A stretch of DNA of 64,000 bases from Gemmatimonas sp. (lineage in GTDB: Bacteria; Gemmatimonadota; Gemmatimonadetes; Gemmatimonadales; Gemmatimonadaceae): the NCBI GenBank assembly GCA_031414535.1, contig JANNVQ010000030.1, positions 64,001 through 128,000 on the forward strand. The letters are read 5' to 3'. Both the position numbers and the translations under genes were made by a program. The first letter of the stretch is position 1; each line of letters opens with the position of its first letter. Shown piece after piece: positions 48,505 to 58,048 of this stretch. A model generated the notes under the pieces. It searched no databases. It was not told the origin of the DNA and worked only from the letters and a program-made list of their open reading frames with translations.

Positions 48505-49920
48505 GTGCTCCTCCTCCGTCATATCGCATCGCCGCTGCTCCTGACCCTCGTTGGACTCCTCGCCGCCACAACCGTCAGGGCACAAGAGCCAGGCTTCACC
48601 GTCCTCAGTGCGTACGCAGAGGACGCGGACGGTGCCGCGACGCTCCAGCCAGGCCGCGTCATCAATATCGTCCTCATCGCCAACAACCAAGGTGAGTCCG
48701 CGGCGCGCAACGCCCGCGTGCGCGTCGAGCTCCGCACTTCCACGGTCAGCTTCGTGAACGAACCGGCGCTGCGTACCACCGACGCCGTACTCGGCGACTT
48801 CGGTGCTCGCGTAAGTCAGCAGGTCTTCATTCCAGTCACGGCCACCGAGCGCACGGCCAGCATAGAAATCATTGTGACGCCGCTGTTCGACGGGCAGAGT
48901 GGCGCACCTGTACCGCAGACGCATCGGTTTCCCACCGGCTTCGCCGGCGCCAGCAATGCGAGTCCATCCGTTTCCACCGGCGTCGCAGCGGGAACCCCAG
49001 GTGTAGCCACACCCGGTGTCGGCGCGCGCCGAACCGAGGTGGCTCGCCCCGCCGCGGGAAGTCGCCTCACGAGGGCCCAACTGGCCGCGTTGCCACTCGA
49101 TGCCTCTCGCTATCTCCAGCCAGACCGGGCCGTGTCTGGGGCCCTTGGGCGTGCCGGCTTACGCCTCAACAACAACTCGCCCGTAGAGATTTGGTACTAC
49201 GAAGGCGTGGCGGGTGAGCGCGTCACCATCACCCTCACGTCGCCATCGCTCGACACCTACCTGATGCTCAATCGGCTCGGCACCGCTCGTGACATCGCCA
49301 CCGATGATGATGGCGCGGGCAATCTCAACTCGCGCATCACGCAGCGGCTTCCAGAGACCGGAACCTACGTGATCATCGCCAACGCCCTCGGGGTACGAGC
49401 GAACGGAGACTACACGCTCACGCTCAACAGCGACCGAGCCGCCACGGTCACGAGCGCTCCGAGCATCGAGACGCCGACTTCATCGCTGAAGGGCGCTGCC
49501 GCCGCTGGAATCAGCACGCCGGGCTCGCTGGCCACGGCCGGACGTCCGCTCACCGTGCCCGAGGTCCTCGCGTACGCCGTGGACGCCAGTCGCGTCGTGC
49601 GCATGGGGGCCACAGTCTCCGGGCGCCTCACCGCGAGCGACCCCAAGCTCACGGACAACACTTATTTCCACGCGTACTATTTCAATGGCTTCGAGGGCGA
49701 CCGCGTGTCCATAACGCTGCGCTCAGGGGACTTCGACGCCTACCTGCACTTTGGACAGCTCGGGGCGTCGGCCGCACTCGCCAACGACGATGACTCGGGC
49801 GGCGGAAGGAATTCTCGTGTGACGGTCACGCTTCCCGCCACGGGGACCTACGTGATCATCGCGAACGTGCTCTCAGGCGGTGACCGCGGCGCCTACACGC
49901 TTGAGGTTCGCTCGCCCTGA
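48505..49920 (+). CDS. Secreted protein with an N-terminal Ig-like domain and two PPC domains
   Basis: Signal peptide VRA-Q; two PPC repeats of the same type as at 20647-26241. Confidence 0.8.
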   Translation: MLLLRHIASPLLLTLVGLLAATTVRAQEPGFTVLSAYAEDADGAATLQPGRVINIVLIANNQGESAARNARVRVELRTSTVSFVNEPALRTTDAVLGDFGARVSQQVFIPVTATERTASIEIIVTPLFDGQSGAPVPQTHRFPTGFAGASNASPSVSTGVAAGTPGVATPGVGARRTEVARPAAGSRLTRAQLAALPLDASRYLQPDRAVSGALGRAGLRLNNNSPVEIWYYEGVAGERVTITLTSPSLDTYLMLNRLGTARDIATDDDGAGNLNSRITQRLPETGTYVIIANALGVRANGDYTLTLNSDRAATVTSAPSIETPTSSLKGAAAAGISTPGSLATAGRPLTVPEVLAYAVDASRVVRMGATVSGRLTASDPKLTDNTYFHAYYFNGFEGDRVSITLRSGDFDAYLHFGQLGASAALANDDDSGGGRNSRVTVTLPATGTYVIIANVLSGGDRGAYTLEVRSP

Positions 49921-49931
49921 GTTGGGCGCGC

Positions 49932-50414
49932 TCAGACGCTGAGTTCCACGAGTTCAACATCAGCCGCGCCATCCACAATCGTCAGGATGCCCACGCAGGG
50001 ACGCAAATCAAATCGGCGCGGGCCGGCCGCGCCGGGGTTCACGATGAGCTGCTGACCCACGCGCTCAACGATTTGCTTATGCGTGTGGCCGTACACGCAG
50101 ACATCCGCGTCGTACGCCGCGGCCACCTGCGCCGGCTTCGGCCGACCAAGTTCGTCACCGTGCTGCACGTGAATGCGCACGCCGCCTATGCTCAGATCAA
50201 GCGCCTCACGCAGCGAGGGATCAAAGGGATCGTCGCAGTTCCCGAATACGGCCTGCGTCGGCGCGATGAGGCCCAGCTCCATGAGAATGGTGTCGCTGCA
50301 CACGTCGCCAGCGTGCAGAATCCGCGAGACGCCAGCAAACACCTCGTGTACCTGAGGACGCAACAACCCATGCGTATCGGAAATGAGCCCGATGCGGATT
50401 GGCGCTGCCGTCAC
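49932..50414 (-). CDS. YfcE-like metallophosphoesterase
   Basis: 'ISDTHG', 'HAGD', 'GNCD', 'GHTH', 'NPG'. Confidence 0.9.
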   Translation of the reverse strand: MTAAPIRIGLISDTHGLLRPQVHEVFAGVSRILHAGDVCSDTILMELGLIAPTQAVFGNCDDPFDPSLREALDLSIGGVRIHVQHGDELGRPKPAQVAAAYDADVCVYGHTHKQIVERVGQQLIVNPGAAGPRRFDLRPCVGILTIVDGAADVELVELSV

Positions 50415-51025
50415 TCGCCCTCGGCCTCGCCCCAGCGAGGGGCCAAGCTGTTGGCAACGCCAAGATGGTCCAGCGCGCGGGCCACGATGAAGTCCACCAT
50501 CTCGCTGATGCTCTCGGGCCGATTGTAGAAGCCCGGTGCCGCCGGCATCACCGTCGCACCCGCGAGCGTAACGCGACGCATGTTCTCAATATGAATGAGC
50601 GAGAGAGGCGTCTCGCGCGTCACCATCAGCAGGGGACGACGTTCCTTGAGCGCCACATCGGCCGCGCGCTCCACCAACGAGCGCGAGGTTCCGGCCGCGA
50701 TGCTCGCTAAGGTGCCCATCGAGCAGGGGCAAATCACCATGCCGCCAGCCAACGAAGACCCAGAGGCCGGAGCGGCGCCGCGATCGGCATCATCAAAGAC
50801 CGTCACCAGCCGATCGAAGCGCTCTTCTCCCACCACACCGCGAAGCCCTACGAGATCGCCCACCTCACTCTCTGTGCGCAACAAGCGAAACCCGTGCGAG
50901 CTCACGATGAGCGAGATTCGACGCTCAGCCACGAGCAACTGCTCAAGCAGCCGAATCCCGTAGGGCGCACCGGAAGCTCCGGTAATCGCCATCACAATCG
51001 GCGCATCCACTGGAAGCGGTCGCAT
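50411..51025 (-). CDS. ubiX: Flavin prenyltransferase
   Basis: 'AITGASGAPYG', 'PCSMGTLASIA', 'RAADVALKERR', 'RETPL', 'PGFY'. Confidence 0.93.
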   Translation of the reverse strand: MRPLPVDAPIVMAITGASGAPYGIRLLEQLLVAERRISLIVSSHGFRLLRTESEVGDLVGLRGVVGEERFDRLVTVFDDADRGAAPASGSSLAGGMVICPCSMGTLASIAAGTSRSLVERAADVALKERRPLLMVTRETPLSLIHIENMRRVTLAGATVMPAAPGFYNRPESISEMVDFIVARALDHLGVANSLAPRWGEAEGE

Positions 51026-51948
51026 TAGGTGAGCAACATCCGGTCCGCGAGCACGAACCCGAGAAAGGTGAGTGAGATGACGCCGTTCATTGTGAAGAAT
51101 GCCGCGTCGAGCTTGGAGAGGTCGTCCGACGACACCAACGAATGCTCGTAGGTCAGGAGCGCGCCAACCGCCGCCACGCCCGTCCACGCGAGCCAGCTCA
51201 GGCCCGCGGCCCACACCGTCGTGCCCAAGGCCAGCACCGTCAGCACGTGCAGGACACGCGCAATCACAATCGCCCGCGCGACTCCCACAGACGACGGAAT
51301 CGAATGGAGCCCCTGCGAGCGATCGAATTCAATGTCGGGCAAGGCATAGAGCACATCGAAGCCACCGCTCCAGCTCATCACACCCAGCGTGAGCGCAATG
51401 AGCATCCACCACGGACTGCTCCACACACCGGTCACGGCGAGATACCCGCCCACGGGAGCGATGGCGAGTCCGAGGCCAAGCACCAAGTGCGCATAGCGCG
51501 TGAAGCGCTTGGTGAATGAGTAAAAGCACACCCAGGCCAAGGCCAACGGCGAGAGATACAGGCAGAGCGGATTCAACTGTGCCGATGCCCACACAAACAG
51601 CCCGGCGGCCACTGCCACCGTAATCCACGCATCGCGCACCGCGATCGCACCGCGCGGAATCTCGCGCTGCTGCGTGCGCGGATTCCGCGCATCGTATTCG
51701 CGATCCACAATGCGGTTCACCGCCATCGCCACCCAGCGCGCCGAGGTGAAGGCAAGCACCACCCAGCCCAGCATCGGCCACGTGATCTCCCATTCCAAGG
51801 AGGCGATTGTCACGCCCACCAAGGCAAACGGCAGTGCGAACACCGTGTGCGGCAGCTTCACGAAGCTCATCCAGCGCGCAATGCGCCCAGGGCCCGCGAA
51901 GGTCTGGCCTTCCCTGTTCCCGCCCGAGTGCGTGGCCGTGGCGTTCAA
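51025..51948 (-). CDS. UbiA-family polyprenyltransferase (MqnP-like)
   Basis: 'VKLPHTVFALPF', 'NRIVDREYDARNPRT..REIP', 'GFDVLYAL'. Confidence 0.9.
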   Translation of the reverse strand: MNATATHSGGNREGQTFAGPGRIARWMSFVKLPHTVFALPFALVGVTIASLEWEITWPMLGWVVLAFTSARWVAMAVNRIVDREYDARNPRTQQREIPRGAIAVRDAWITVAVAAGLFVWASAQLNPLCLYLSPLALAWVCFYSFTKRFTRYAHLVLGLGLAIAPVGGYLAVTGVWSSPWWMLIALTLGVMSWSGGFDVLYALPDIEFDRSQGLHSIPSSVGVARAIVIARVLHVLTVLALGTTVWAAGLSWLAWTGVAAVGALLTYEHSLVSSDDLSKLDAAFFTMNGVISLTFLGFVLADRMLLT

Positions 51949-53432
51949 CGCTTTTCAATCCCCAGCGAACTCCAATACGAGTTCACCTTGGCCTTGGTCT
52001 CGGCGTCCATCTCAATCACCGTCGGCCAGTTCCGCGTGAAGCCTTCCTCTGGCCACTTCTTCGTGCCATCAATGCCCATCTTCGAGCCATAGGTGAACGC
52101 GCGACTCGAGTGGTCGAGCACATCCACCGGACCCATCGTGAAGCGTGTGTCGCGCTCGGGATCAATGTTGTTAAGTGCCACCCACCATGCCTCCTGTGGG
52201 TTGCGCACATCCACCCACTCGTCCACCACCACAATCACCTTCGCGAGCGACATCAGGCCCGCACCCCAGAGCGCGTTCATCGTCTTGTACGCATGTCCGG
52301 GATACTGCTTCTTGATGCTCACGAGTACGAGATTGTGGAACACGCCTTCGGCCGGCATGTGGTAGTCAACAATTTCCGGCGTCGTCAGCTTGAGCAGCGG
52401 TAAGAAGATGCGTTCGGTGGCGTGACCGAGATAAAAATCTTCCATCGGCGGTCGGCCTACGATCGTCGCGCAGTACACGGCATTCTTGCGCATAGTCACG
52501 GCGGTGACGTGCACCCGCGGATACAGATCCGCCTCGGAGTAGTAGCCCGTGTGATCACCAAAGGGGCCTTCCGTCACCAGCGGCTCGGAGGGATTGATGT
52601 AGCCCTCAATCACGATCTCCGCATCGGCCGGTACTTCGAGGTCACAGGTCAGCGCCTTTGTGAGCTTCACCGGCGACTTGCGCAGGAAGCCCGCAAAAAT
52701 GAACTCGTCCACGTTGGGCGGGAGCGGCGCGCTCGCCGAGTACATGGATGCCGGATCTGCACCCACCACAATGCACACCGGCATCTTCTCGCCCTTCTCG
52801 GCCATTTGACGCCAATGCTCGGCGCCCGTCTTATGACGTTGCCAGTGCATGGCCACATGCTTCTTGCCCATCTGTTGCACGCGGTACATCCCCACGTTGC
52901 GAATCCCGCGCTTGGGGTCCTTGCTCACCACCGCCGTCATCGTGATGAAGGGGCCGCCGTCCTCGGGCCAGGTGGTGAGCACGGGCAGTTTGTCGAGATC
53001 AATCTCATCACCGCGCCACACAATCTCTTGGCAAGCCGGAGTGCCCGAAGCCATGCGAGGCGGGAACTTCGCCACCTCCATCAAGCGTGGCAACAACTGC
53101 AGCTTGCCGAGGAATCCCTCGGGGACCTTGAGGTCCATCAGCTTGGTGATGCGGTCTCCGTGCTCGTCGAGCTTCTCCACGCCCAGCGCCAAGGCCATGC
53201 GAGACATCGAGCCAAAAAGATTGAGCGCCGCCGGGAACTGCGAGATGCTGCCATCACGGAGCACCGGCTTCTCAAAGAGCAGCGCGGGGCCCCCTCCTGG
53301 CAGCTTCATCGCACGGTCCGAGATCTCGCACATCTCGAGATGCACCGACACGGGTTGCTTTACACGGACCAGCTCACCGCGCGCTTCGATGGCGGCGATG
53401 AAGTCCTGAAGAGTATCGAGCGTTTGGGTCAC
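51945..53432 (-). CDS. UbiD-family menaquinone-biosynthesis decarboxylase (MqnL-like)
   Basis: 'RNVGMYR', 'MHWQRHK', 'EGPFGDHTGYY', 'VGRPPMED'. Confidence 0.92.
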   Translation of the reverse strand: MTQTLDTLQDFIAAIEARGELVRVKQPVSVHLEMCEISDRAMKLPGGGPALLFEKPVLRDGSISQFPAALNLFGSMSRMALALGVEKLDEHGDRITKLMDLKVPEGFLGKLQLLPRLMEVAKFPPRMASGTPACQEIVWRGDEIDLDKLPVLTTWPEDGGPFITMTAVVSKDPKRGIRNVGMYRVQQMGKKHVAMHWQRHKTGAEHWRQMAEKGEKMPVCIVVGADPASMYSASAPLPPNVDEFIFAGFLRKSPVKLTKALTCDLEVPADAEIVIEGYINPSEPLVTEGPFGDHTGYYSEADLYPRVHVTAVTMRKNAVYCATIVGRPPMEDFYLGHATERIFLPLLKLTTPEIVDYHMPAEGVFHNLVLVSIKKQYPGHAYKTMNALWGAGLMSLAKVIVVVDEWVDVRNPQEAWWVALNNIDPERDTRFTMGPVDVLDHSSRAFTYGSKMGIDGTKKWPEEGFTRNWPTVIEMDAETKAKVNSYWSSLGIEKR

Positions 53433-53455
53433 AGCAGGGGGAATTGGTTCGAGTC

Positions 53456-54211
53456 TTACTTGGTGCCGACGTGCAGAGCAGAAATGCCGAAGGTCAGCGT
53501 TTCCCAGCTAACATCGCGAAAGCCCGCAGCGGTCATGGCCGCCGCGAGCTTCTCCGTCTCCGGGAAATTCGCCACCGAGCGCGGCAAATACGTGTACGCC
53601 GTACGATGGCCGCTGATGAGCCGGCCAACAAGCGGCAGAATATTGTGGAAGTAGAACAGGTAGGCGGCGCGGACAAGCGGCACCCGTGGCGTGGAAAATT
53701 CGAGAATCACGAAGCGCGCGCCTGGCTTCAGCACCCGGTGCACTTCGCGCAAACCCGCACCCAAGTCAGCCACGTTGCGAATGCCGAAGGCCACGATGGC
53801 GCCGTCAAACGAGCCGGAGCGCAGCGGCAACGCCATGGCGTCTGCCACGACCGGAACCAGCACGTCTCGTGAGGCCTTGCCCACCCCAGCGGCCAGCATG
53901 GGCTGCGCGAAGTCCGCACCCACAATCTTGCCAGCGAAGCCAAGTTGCCGCGAAAGCTCCGCGCCCACATCGAGCGTGCCCGCGCAAAGATCTAGGTAGA
54001 TGCCGCGCGGAGTCTCGGCCCACCCGAGGCGCTGCAAGGCCACCTTCCGCCACCGGCGATCGATGCCCAGCGAGAGAAGGCGGTTCAGTAAGTCATAGCG
54101 TGGCGCGATTTCGGAGAAGATACGCTGCACATATGTGCGCTTCCCCTGCACCGACGCGCCCTCGGCGGCGGCGTCTGCCTCGCGCGCCTCGTGGTCGAGC
54201 GCTGTCGTCAT
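53456..54211 (-). CDS. ubiE: Ubiquinone/menaquinone C-methyltransferase (UbiE/MenG)
   Basis: 'IAPRYDLLNRLLSLGID..WR', 'LDLCAGT', 'AFGIRNV', 'RVLKPG'. Confidence 0.9.
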   Translation of the reverse strand: MTTALDHEAREADAAAEGASVQGKRTYVQRIFSEIAPRYDLLNRLLSLGIDRRWRKVALQRLGWAETPRGIYLDLCAGTLDVGAELSRQLGFAGKIVGADFAQPMLAAGVGKASRDVLVPVVADAMALPLRSGSFDGAIVAFGIRNVADLGAGLREVHRVLKPGARFVILEFSTPRVPLVRAAYLFYFHNILPLVGRLISGHRTAYTYLPRSVANFPETEKLAAAMTAAGFRDVSWETLTFGISALHVGTK

Positions 54212-54264
54212 AGAAATGAAAGTTGCCCGAGTGCAGTACGCTGGGCAAGTTTCTGTCCAGCTAA

Positions 54265-54870
54265 ATGGCACGCCCCACCCTCGATCTCCCTAATCTCCCC
54301 GACGCGGACGTCGTCAGCGTCGCGCAGCGTGGCAACGAGGGCGCGTTCCGCGAGTTGATCCGTCGCTACGAGCGGCCGGTCTTCTCGTTGATTTATCGTA
54401 TGGTGCGGGACAGCGCCACCGCCGAGGATCTCTCGCAGGACGCCTTCATTAAGGTCCTGAACAACCTCGACAAGTACCGGCCCGAGTTCAAATTCTCGAG
54501 CTGGCTGTTCAAAATCGCCAACAACGTGGCCATCGACGCGCTGCGCAAGCGCCAGCTGGACACCATCTCCATGGATGGCTCGCCCCATGCCGGCTCAGCA
54601 TCCGAGGTGGAAGCCTCGCGGTTTGAGCTCTCGGATGGCGCCGAATCCCCTCTGGACGAGCTGGCCTCGCGCGAACTCGGCGAGATCATCGAGCAAGCCA
54701 TCGCCCAGCTCCGCCCCGAGTACCGGAACTGCATCATGCTCCGCCACGTAGAGGGGCGCAGCTACGAAGAAATCGCGGCAACGCTCGATCTGCCGCTCGG
54801 GACGGTGAAGACGTACATCCACAGAGCGAGACACCAGTTACGGGAAGCTTTGGAGCATTTACGTGAATGA
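54265..54870 (+). CDS. ECF RNA polymerase sigma factor (SigW/RpoE-like)
   Basis: 'AEDLSQDAFIK', 'FSSWLFKIANN', 'SYEEIA..LDLPLGTVKTYIHRAR'. Confidence 0.93.
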   Translation: MARPTLDLPNLPDADVVSVAQRGNEGAFRELIRRYERPVFSLIYRMVRDSATAEDLSQDAFIKVLNNLDKYRPEFKFSSWLFKIANNVAIDALRKRQLDTISMDGSPHAGSASEVEASRFELSDGAESPLDELASRELGEIIEQAIAQLRPEYRNCIMLRHVEGRSYEEIAATLDLPLGTVKTYIHRARHQLREALEHLRE

Positions 54871-54876
54871 GGTTTG

Positions 54877-54972
54877 GACGGATGACGGATGCTGAACAGC
54901 TAAAACCTGGCATCCGAACAAATACCGAATCTTGGGCCAATTCTCGCCCGCCGTTTGCATCCGTCATCCGTC
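54877..54972. repeat. Intergenic element bounded by a perfect 16-bp inverted repeat made of 7-mers
   Basis: gacggatgacggatgc (54877-54892) ... gcatccgtcatccgtc (54957-54972). Confidence 0.8.
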
Positions 54973-55040
54973 TTCCGTCCAGTTGAACCCGCTTGAAACC
55001 AGCAAGAACGCTCCTCCGTACAGCCCCACAGGAGACCCCA

Positions 55041-55610
55041 ATGCACCACCGTCACTTACTTCCCCAAGAGCTCGACCTTCTCGTCGATGGCGACGCCGGC
55101 TTTGGCCAGGCGCCGCTAAAAGCGCATGTCGAGACCTGCAGCGAGTGCCTCGCGCGACTCGCGGAACTGCAGGCCGTCGCGGGGCAGTTGGACGCCCTTC
55201 CCCACTTTGCCCCGCGGCACGGCTTCGCCGACCGCGTGATGACCAACGTTCAGGTGATCGAGCCTTGGTACGTAGCGCTTGCCGAATCGGCCCAGCGCCT
55301 CGTGCCCGCGAGCACTGAGATGCGGGTTCTGGCAGCGGTGGGTGCGGGAATCACAGCCACGACCATTTCTGGTGCGGCACTGTGGTTGGCGTTTCGGGCA
55401 AATCTCCTAGGCTGGAGCGCCGGCGCGGCGCTTGAGCAGGGTGGTCGCGGAGTGTGGGGCAGCGTCGCTGCCGGTGCTCGCGCGATGGCAGGGGCGCTGG
55501 GTGACGGCACGACCGTCGCCGCAGGTGCAGCGGCCCTCGCCGGTACGGCAATCGTCGCCGTGCTCGCCTTCCGCCGGCTGGCTGCGGCGGCTCGCGCAAA
55601 TCGGGGCTAG
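55041..55610 (+). CDS. Zinc-binding membrane anti-sigma factor
   Basis: ZAS motif HxxxCxxC ('HVETCSEC'), two TM segments, follows the ECF sigma. Confidence 0.85.
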   Translation: MHHRHLLPQELDLLVDGDAGFGQAPLKAHVETCSECLARLAELQAVAGQLDALPHFAPRHGFADRVMTNVQVIEPWYVALAESAQRLVPASTEMRVLAAVGAGITATTISGAALWLAFRANLLGWSAGAALEQGGRGVWGSVAAGARAMAGALGDGTTVAAGAAALAGTAIVAVLAFRRLAAAARANRG

Positions 55611-55613
55611 CCC

Positions 55614-56681
55614 ATGCGTCTTCTTCTCACAGCAGCAGTCGCGCTCCTACTCGGAAGCGCTCCCGGCGCACATGCTCAGGTGAGCACTGCCGCCCTCGAT
55701 GACTCCACCACCCAAGCGTTGCGCGCCCTCGGCATTTCTGGAGACGGCGTGGAATTTCGCGGGTTCTATAAAGTGAGCGAGACGGCCACCGTCGCCGCCG
55801 GTGACACCGTGCGCGGTCCCGTGCTCGTGCTCCGTGGCGATGCCGACATCCGCGGCACGGTACTCGGCAATGTGGCCGCTCTTTTTGGTGACGTCATCGT
55901 GCGCGATGGCGGCGATGTGCATGGTTCTGCGGCCGCATACCGCGGACGCGTGATCATCGAAGGCGGCCGAGTGCGTGGGCCGCTGGGGGCACGCCCCGTG
56001 GCCGTCGCCGAAGCCAGCAAACCACCGCGGAGCACCGCCGAGGCGCTCACGCTCGCCGGTGGTTGGGGCGCGATGATTCTCATCGTTGGCCTGCTCGCGC
56101 TCGTGCTGGCCGGACCGCAGCTCGATGAGACGGCGCGCTTGCTCGAGCAGAGTTTCTCCAAGGCCTTCTTTGTGGGGGTGGCCGCGGAGATTGGGTTTCT
56201 GCCCGTATTGCTCTTTGTGGTCGTCGCGCTCGCCGTGACCGTCGTGGGAATTCTCTTGATCCCGTTCGCGCTGGTCGCCGCGCCGGTGGCGCTCGCGGGG
56301 CTCGTCACGCTCGGGTGGTTGGCCGCGGCGCTTCTCATTGGACGTGCGGCGTTCAAGGGCAGCGTCGGCAACGACCGGAGCGCATTGATTCGCGCGCTCA
56401 TCCCCGGCGCAGTGGTGCTCTTCGCGCCGTGGGTCCTTGCGGCCGCGCTGCAGAGCTCCGGTGGCACAGCCCTCATCGTGCGCGTGGTAGCCTTCGGCAT
56501 CAGCTGGGTGGCAGCCACCGCCGGACTCGGCGCCGTGATTCTCGTGCGCGCGTCGGCTACGCGGAAGTCTGGCAAGCCAGCAGCGTCTGCCGGAGGCTGG
56601 CAAACGCCCACACCAATTGGCGGCATCGCCACCGCGCGTCGTCCGGTCCCTGCGCGTCCCGAGGCTTCAGCAAAGAGCTGA
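55614..56681 (+). CDS. Membrane protein with an exported bactofilin-like (polymer-forming) beta-helix domain
   Basis: Signal peptide; 'GDTVRGPVLVLRGDADIRGTVLGNVAALFGDV' repeats; several TM segments. Confidence 0.7.
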   Translation: MRLLLTAAVALLLGSAPGAHAQVSTAALDDSTTQALRALGISGDGVEFRGFYKVSETATVAAGDTVRGPVLVLRGDADIRGTVLGNVAALFGDVIVRDGGDVHGSAAAYRGRVIIEGGRVRGPLGARPVAVAEASKPPRSTAEALTLAGGWGAMILIVGLLALVLAGPQLDETARLLEQSFSKAFFVGVAAEIGFLPVLLFVVVALAVTVVGILLIPFALVAAPVALAGLVTLGWLAAALLIGRAAFKGSVGNDRSALIRALIPGAVVLFAPWVLAAALQSSGGTALIVRVVAFGISWVAATAGLGAVILVRASATRKSGKPAASAGGWQTPTPIGGIATARRPVPARPEASAKS

Positions 56682-56687
56682 ATGGCC

Positions 56688-56828
56688 TCACCACGGAGGC
56701 ACAGAGGCACGGAGGCTGCTGGAGCAAATGATTAGGGGGCTCGAACCGAAATGTCGGCGCGAGCCCCCTTCACATGCAGTTGCAGTTCTGGCAGTTGAAG
56801 TCTCCGTGACTCCGTGCCTCCGTGGTGA
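56688..56828. repeat. 141-bp palindromic REP/MITE-like element with 27-bp terminal inverted repeats
   Basis: tcaccacggaggcacagaggcacggag ... ctccgtgactccgtgcctccgtggtga (2 mismatches); nested stem agggggctcg/cgagccccct. Confidence 0.85.
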
Positions 56829-56836
56829 ATAGCAGT

Positions 56837-57976
56837 TCACCCAGTCGGCGCACCAATCCCACAAGCGGCCACAAGCTTATTGGCGACTTCAACGAGCTTC
56901 TTCGCCGCGGTGGAACCGGCCCCGCTCACGACGATTGGTGAGCCTCGGTCCGCGCCCTCAAGGACCGGCGGGTAGAGCGGGATTTCGCCAAGTAGCGGCA
57001 CCTCGAGCTCATCCGCGAGCCGCTTGCCGCCGCCGGTGCCGAAGATGGCCATCGGCTTCCCCGTCTCTGGGGACTCGAAGTAGCTCATGTTCTCCACCAC
57101 GCCGAATACGGGCACGCCCACGCGCTGAAACATCTTGGCACCACGCAAGGCATCGCCGACGGAGACTTCCTGCGGTGTGGTGACAATCACCGCGCCCGCC
57201 ACCTGCGTTGCCTGTACCAGGGAGAGCTGTGCATCGCCGGTGCCTGGGGGCATATCCACCAACAAGAAGTCGAGACGACCCCAGTTCACGTCGCGCAAAA
57301 ACTGCGTGATGATCTTCATCACGATGGGACCACGCCAGATGGCCGGCTGATCGCGCTCAATGAGGAATCCCAGCGAGATGATCTTCACGCCGTGCGCCAT
57401 GAGCGGCTGGATTTTGTCGTCTACCACCGGCGGCGCTTCGTCCACGCCCATCATCCGCGGGATGTTCGGTCCATAGATATCGGCGTCCATCAGGCCCACG
57501 TGGTAACCCATCTGAGCGAGCGAAATCGCCAAGTTCGTGGTGACAGTGCTCTTGCCGACGCCGCCCTTGCCGGAACTCACGGCGATGATGCGTCCGAGCT
57601 GCGGATAAGTGACGGGTTGGGGCGCGGCTGGCGTCTGCGCCTTGGGCGGTTCCCCAATTACGGGAAGTGAGCGCGGCTTGGACACGTGGCCCGGCTTGGC
57701 GGGGGGGGCGTAGCTGTCGCCTGAGGTTGGCTCAGTGGCGTCCTTCACGTCCACGCGGACCTCGGTGACCCCGTCCACCCTCTCGAGCGCCTGACGCACT
57801 TGGCGTGCGAGTGTGGGGTCGTCCTGGGCGGCAAGCAGCAGGGTGACGCGAACCTTGCCGTCCTTGGTGGCCGCGATATCGCGGACCTGCTGCGTGGAGT
57901 AGAGCGAGGCGCCGGTGCGGGGATTGGCAATCGGGGCGAGCGCCTCGGCGAGGCGTGCCTGGAGCGTATCAGTCAT
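56837..57976 (-). CDS. mrp: Mrp/NBP35 (ApbC) Fe-S carrier ATPase
   Basis: 'SSGKGGVGKST', 'DADIYGP', 'WRGP', 'DMPPGTGD', 'VENMS'. Confidence 0.93.
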   Translation of the reverse strand: MTDTLQARLAEALAPIANPRTGASLYSTQQVRDIAATKDGKVRVTLLLAAQDDPTLARQVRQALERVDGVTEVRVDVKDATEPTSGDSYAPPAKPGHVSKPRSLPVIGEPPKAQTPAAPQPVTYPQLGRIIAVSSGKGGVGKSTVTTNLAISLAQMGYHVGLMDADIYGPNIPRMMGVDEAPPVVDDKIQPLMAHGVKIISLGFLIERDQPAIWRGPIVMKIITQFLRDVNWGRLDFLLVDMPPGTGDAQLSLVQATQVAGAVIVTTPQEVSVGDALRGAKMFQRVGVPVFGVVENMSYFESPETGKPMAIFGTGGGKRLADELEVPLLGEIPLYPPVLEGADRGSPIVVSGAGSTAAKKLVEVANKLVAACGIGAPTG

Positions 57977-57989
57977 GTGGGGGAAATCG

Positions 57990-58027
57990 AGAGGGCCTAC
58001 CCTTCGTTCCTGAAGGATAGGCCCTCT
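57990..58027 (-). terminator. Hairpin downstream of the pilin cluster
   Basis: 16-bp stem (one G-U on the minus strand) agagggccta.ccttc / gaagg.taggccctct; no clear U-tract. Confidence 0.5.
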
Positions 58028-58048
58028 GGGTCCCGCCTCAAAGCGGAA

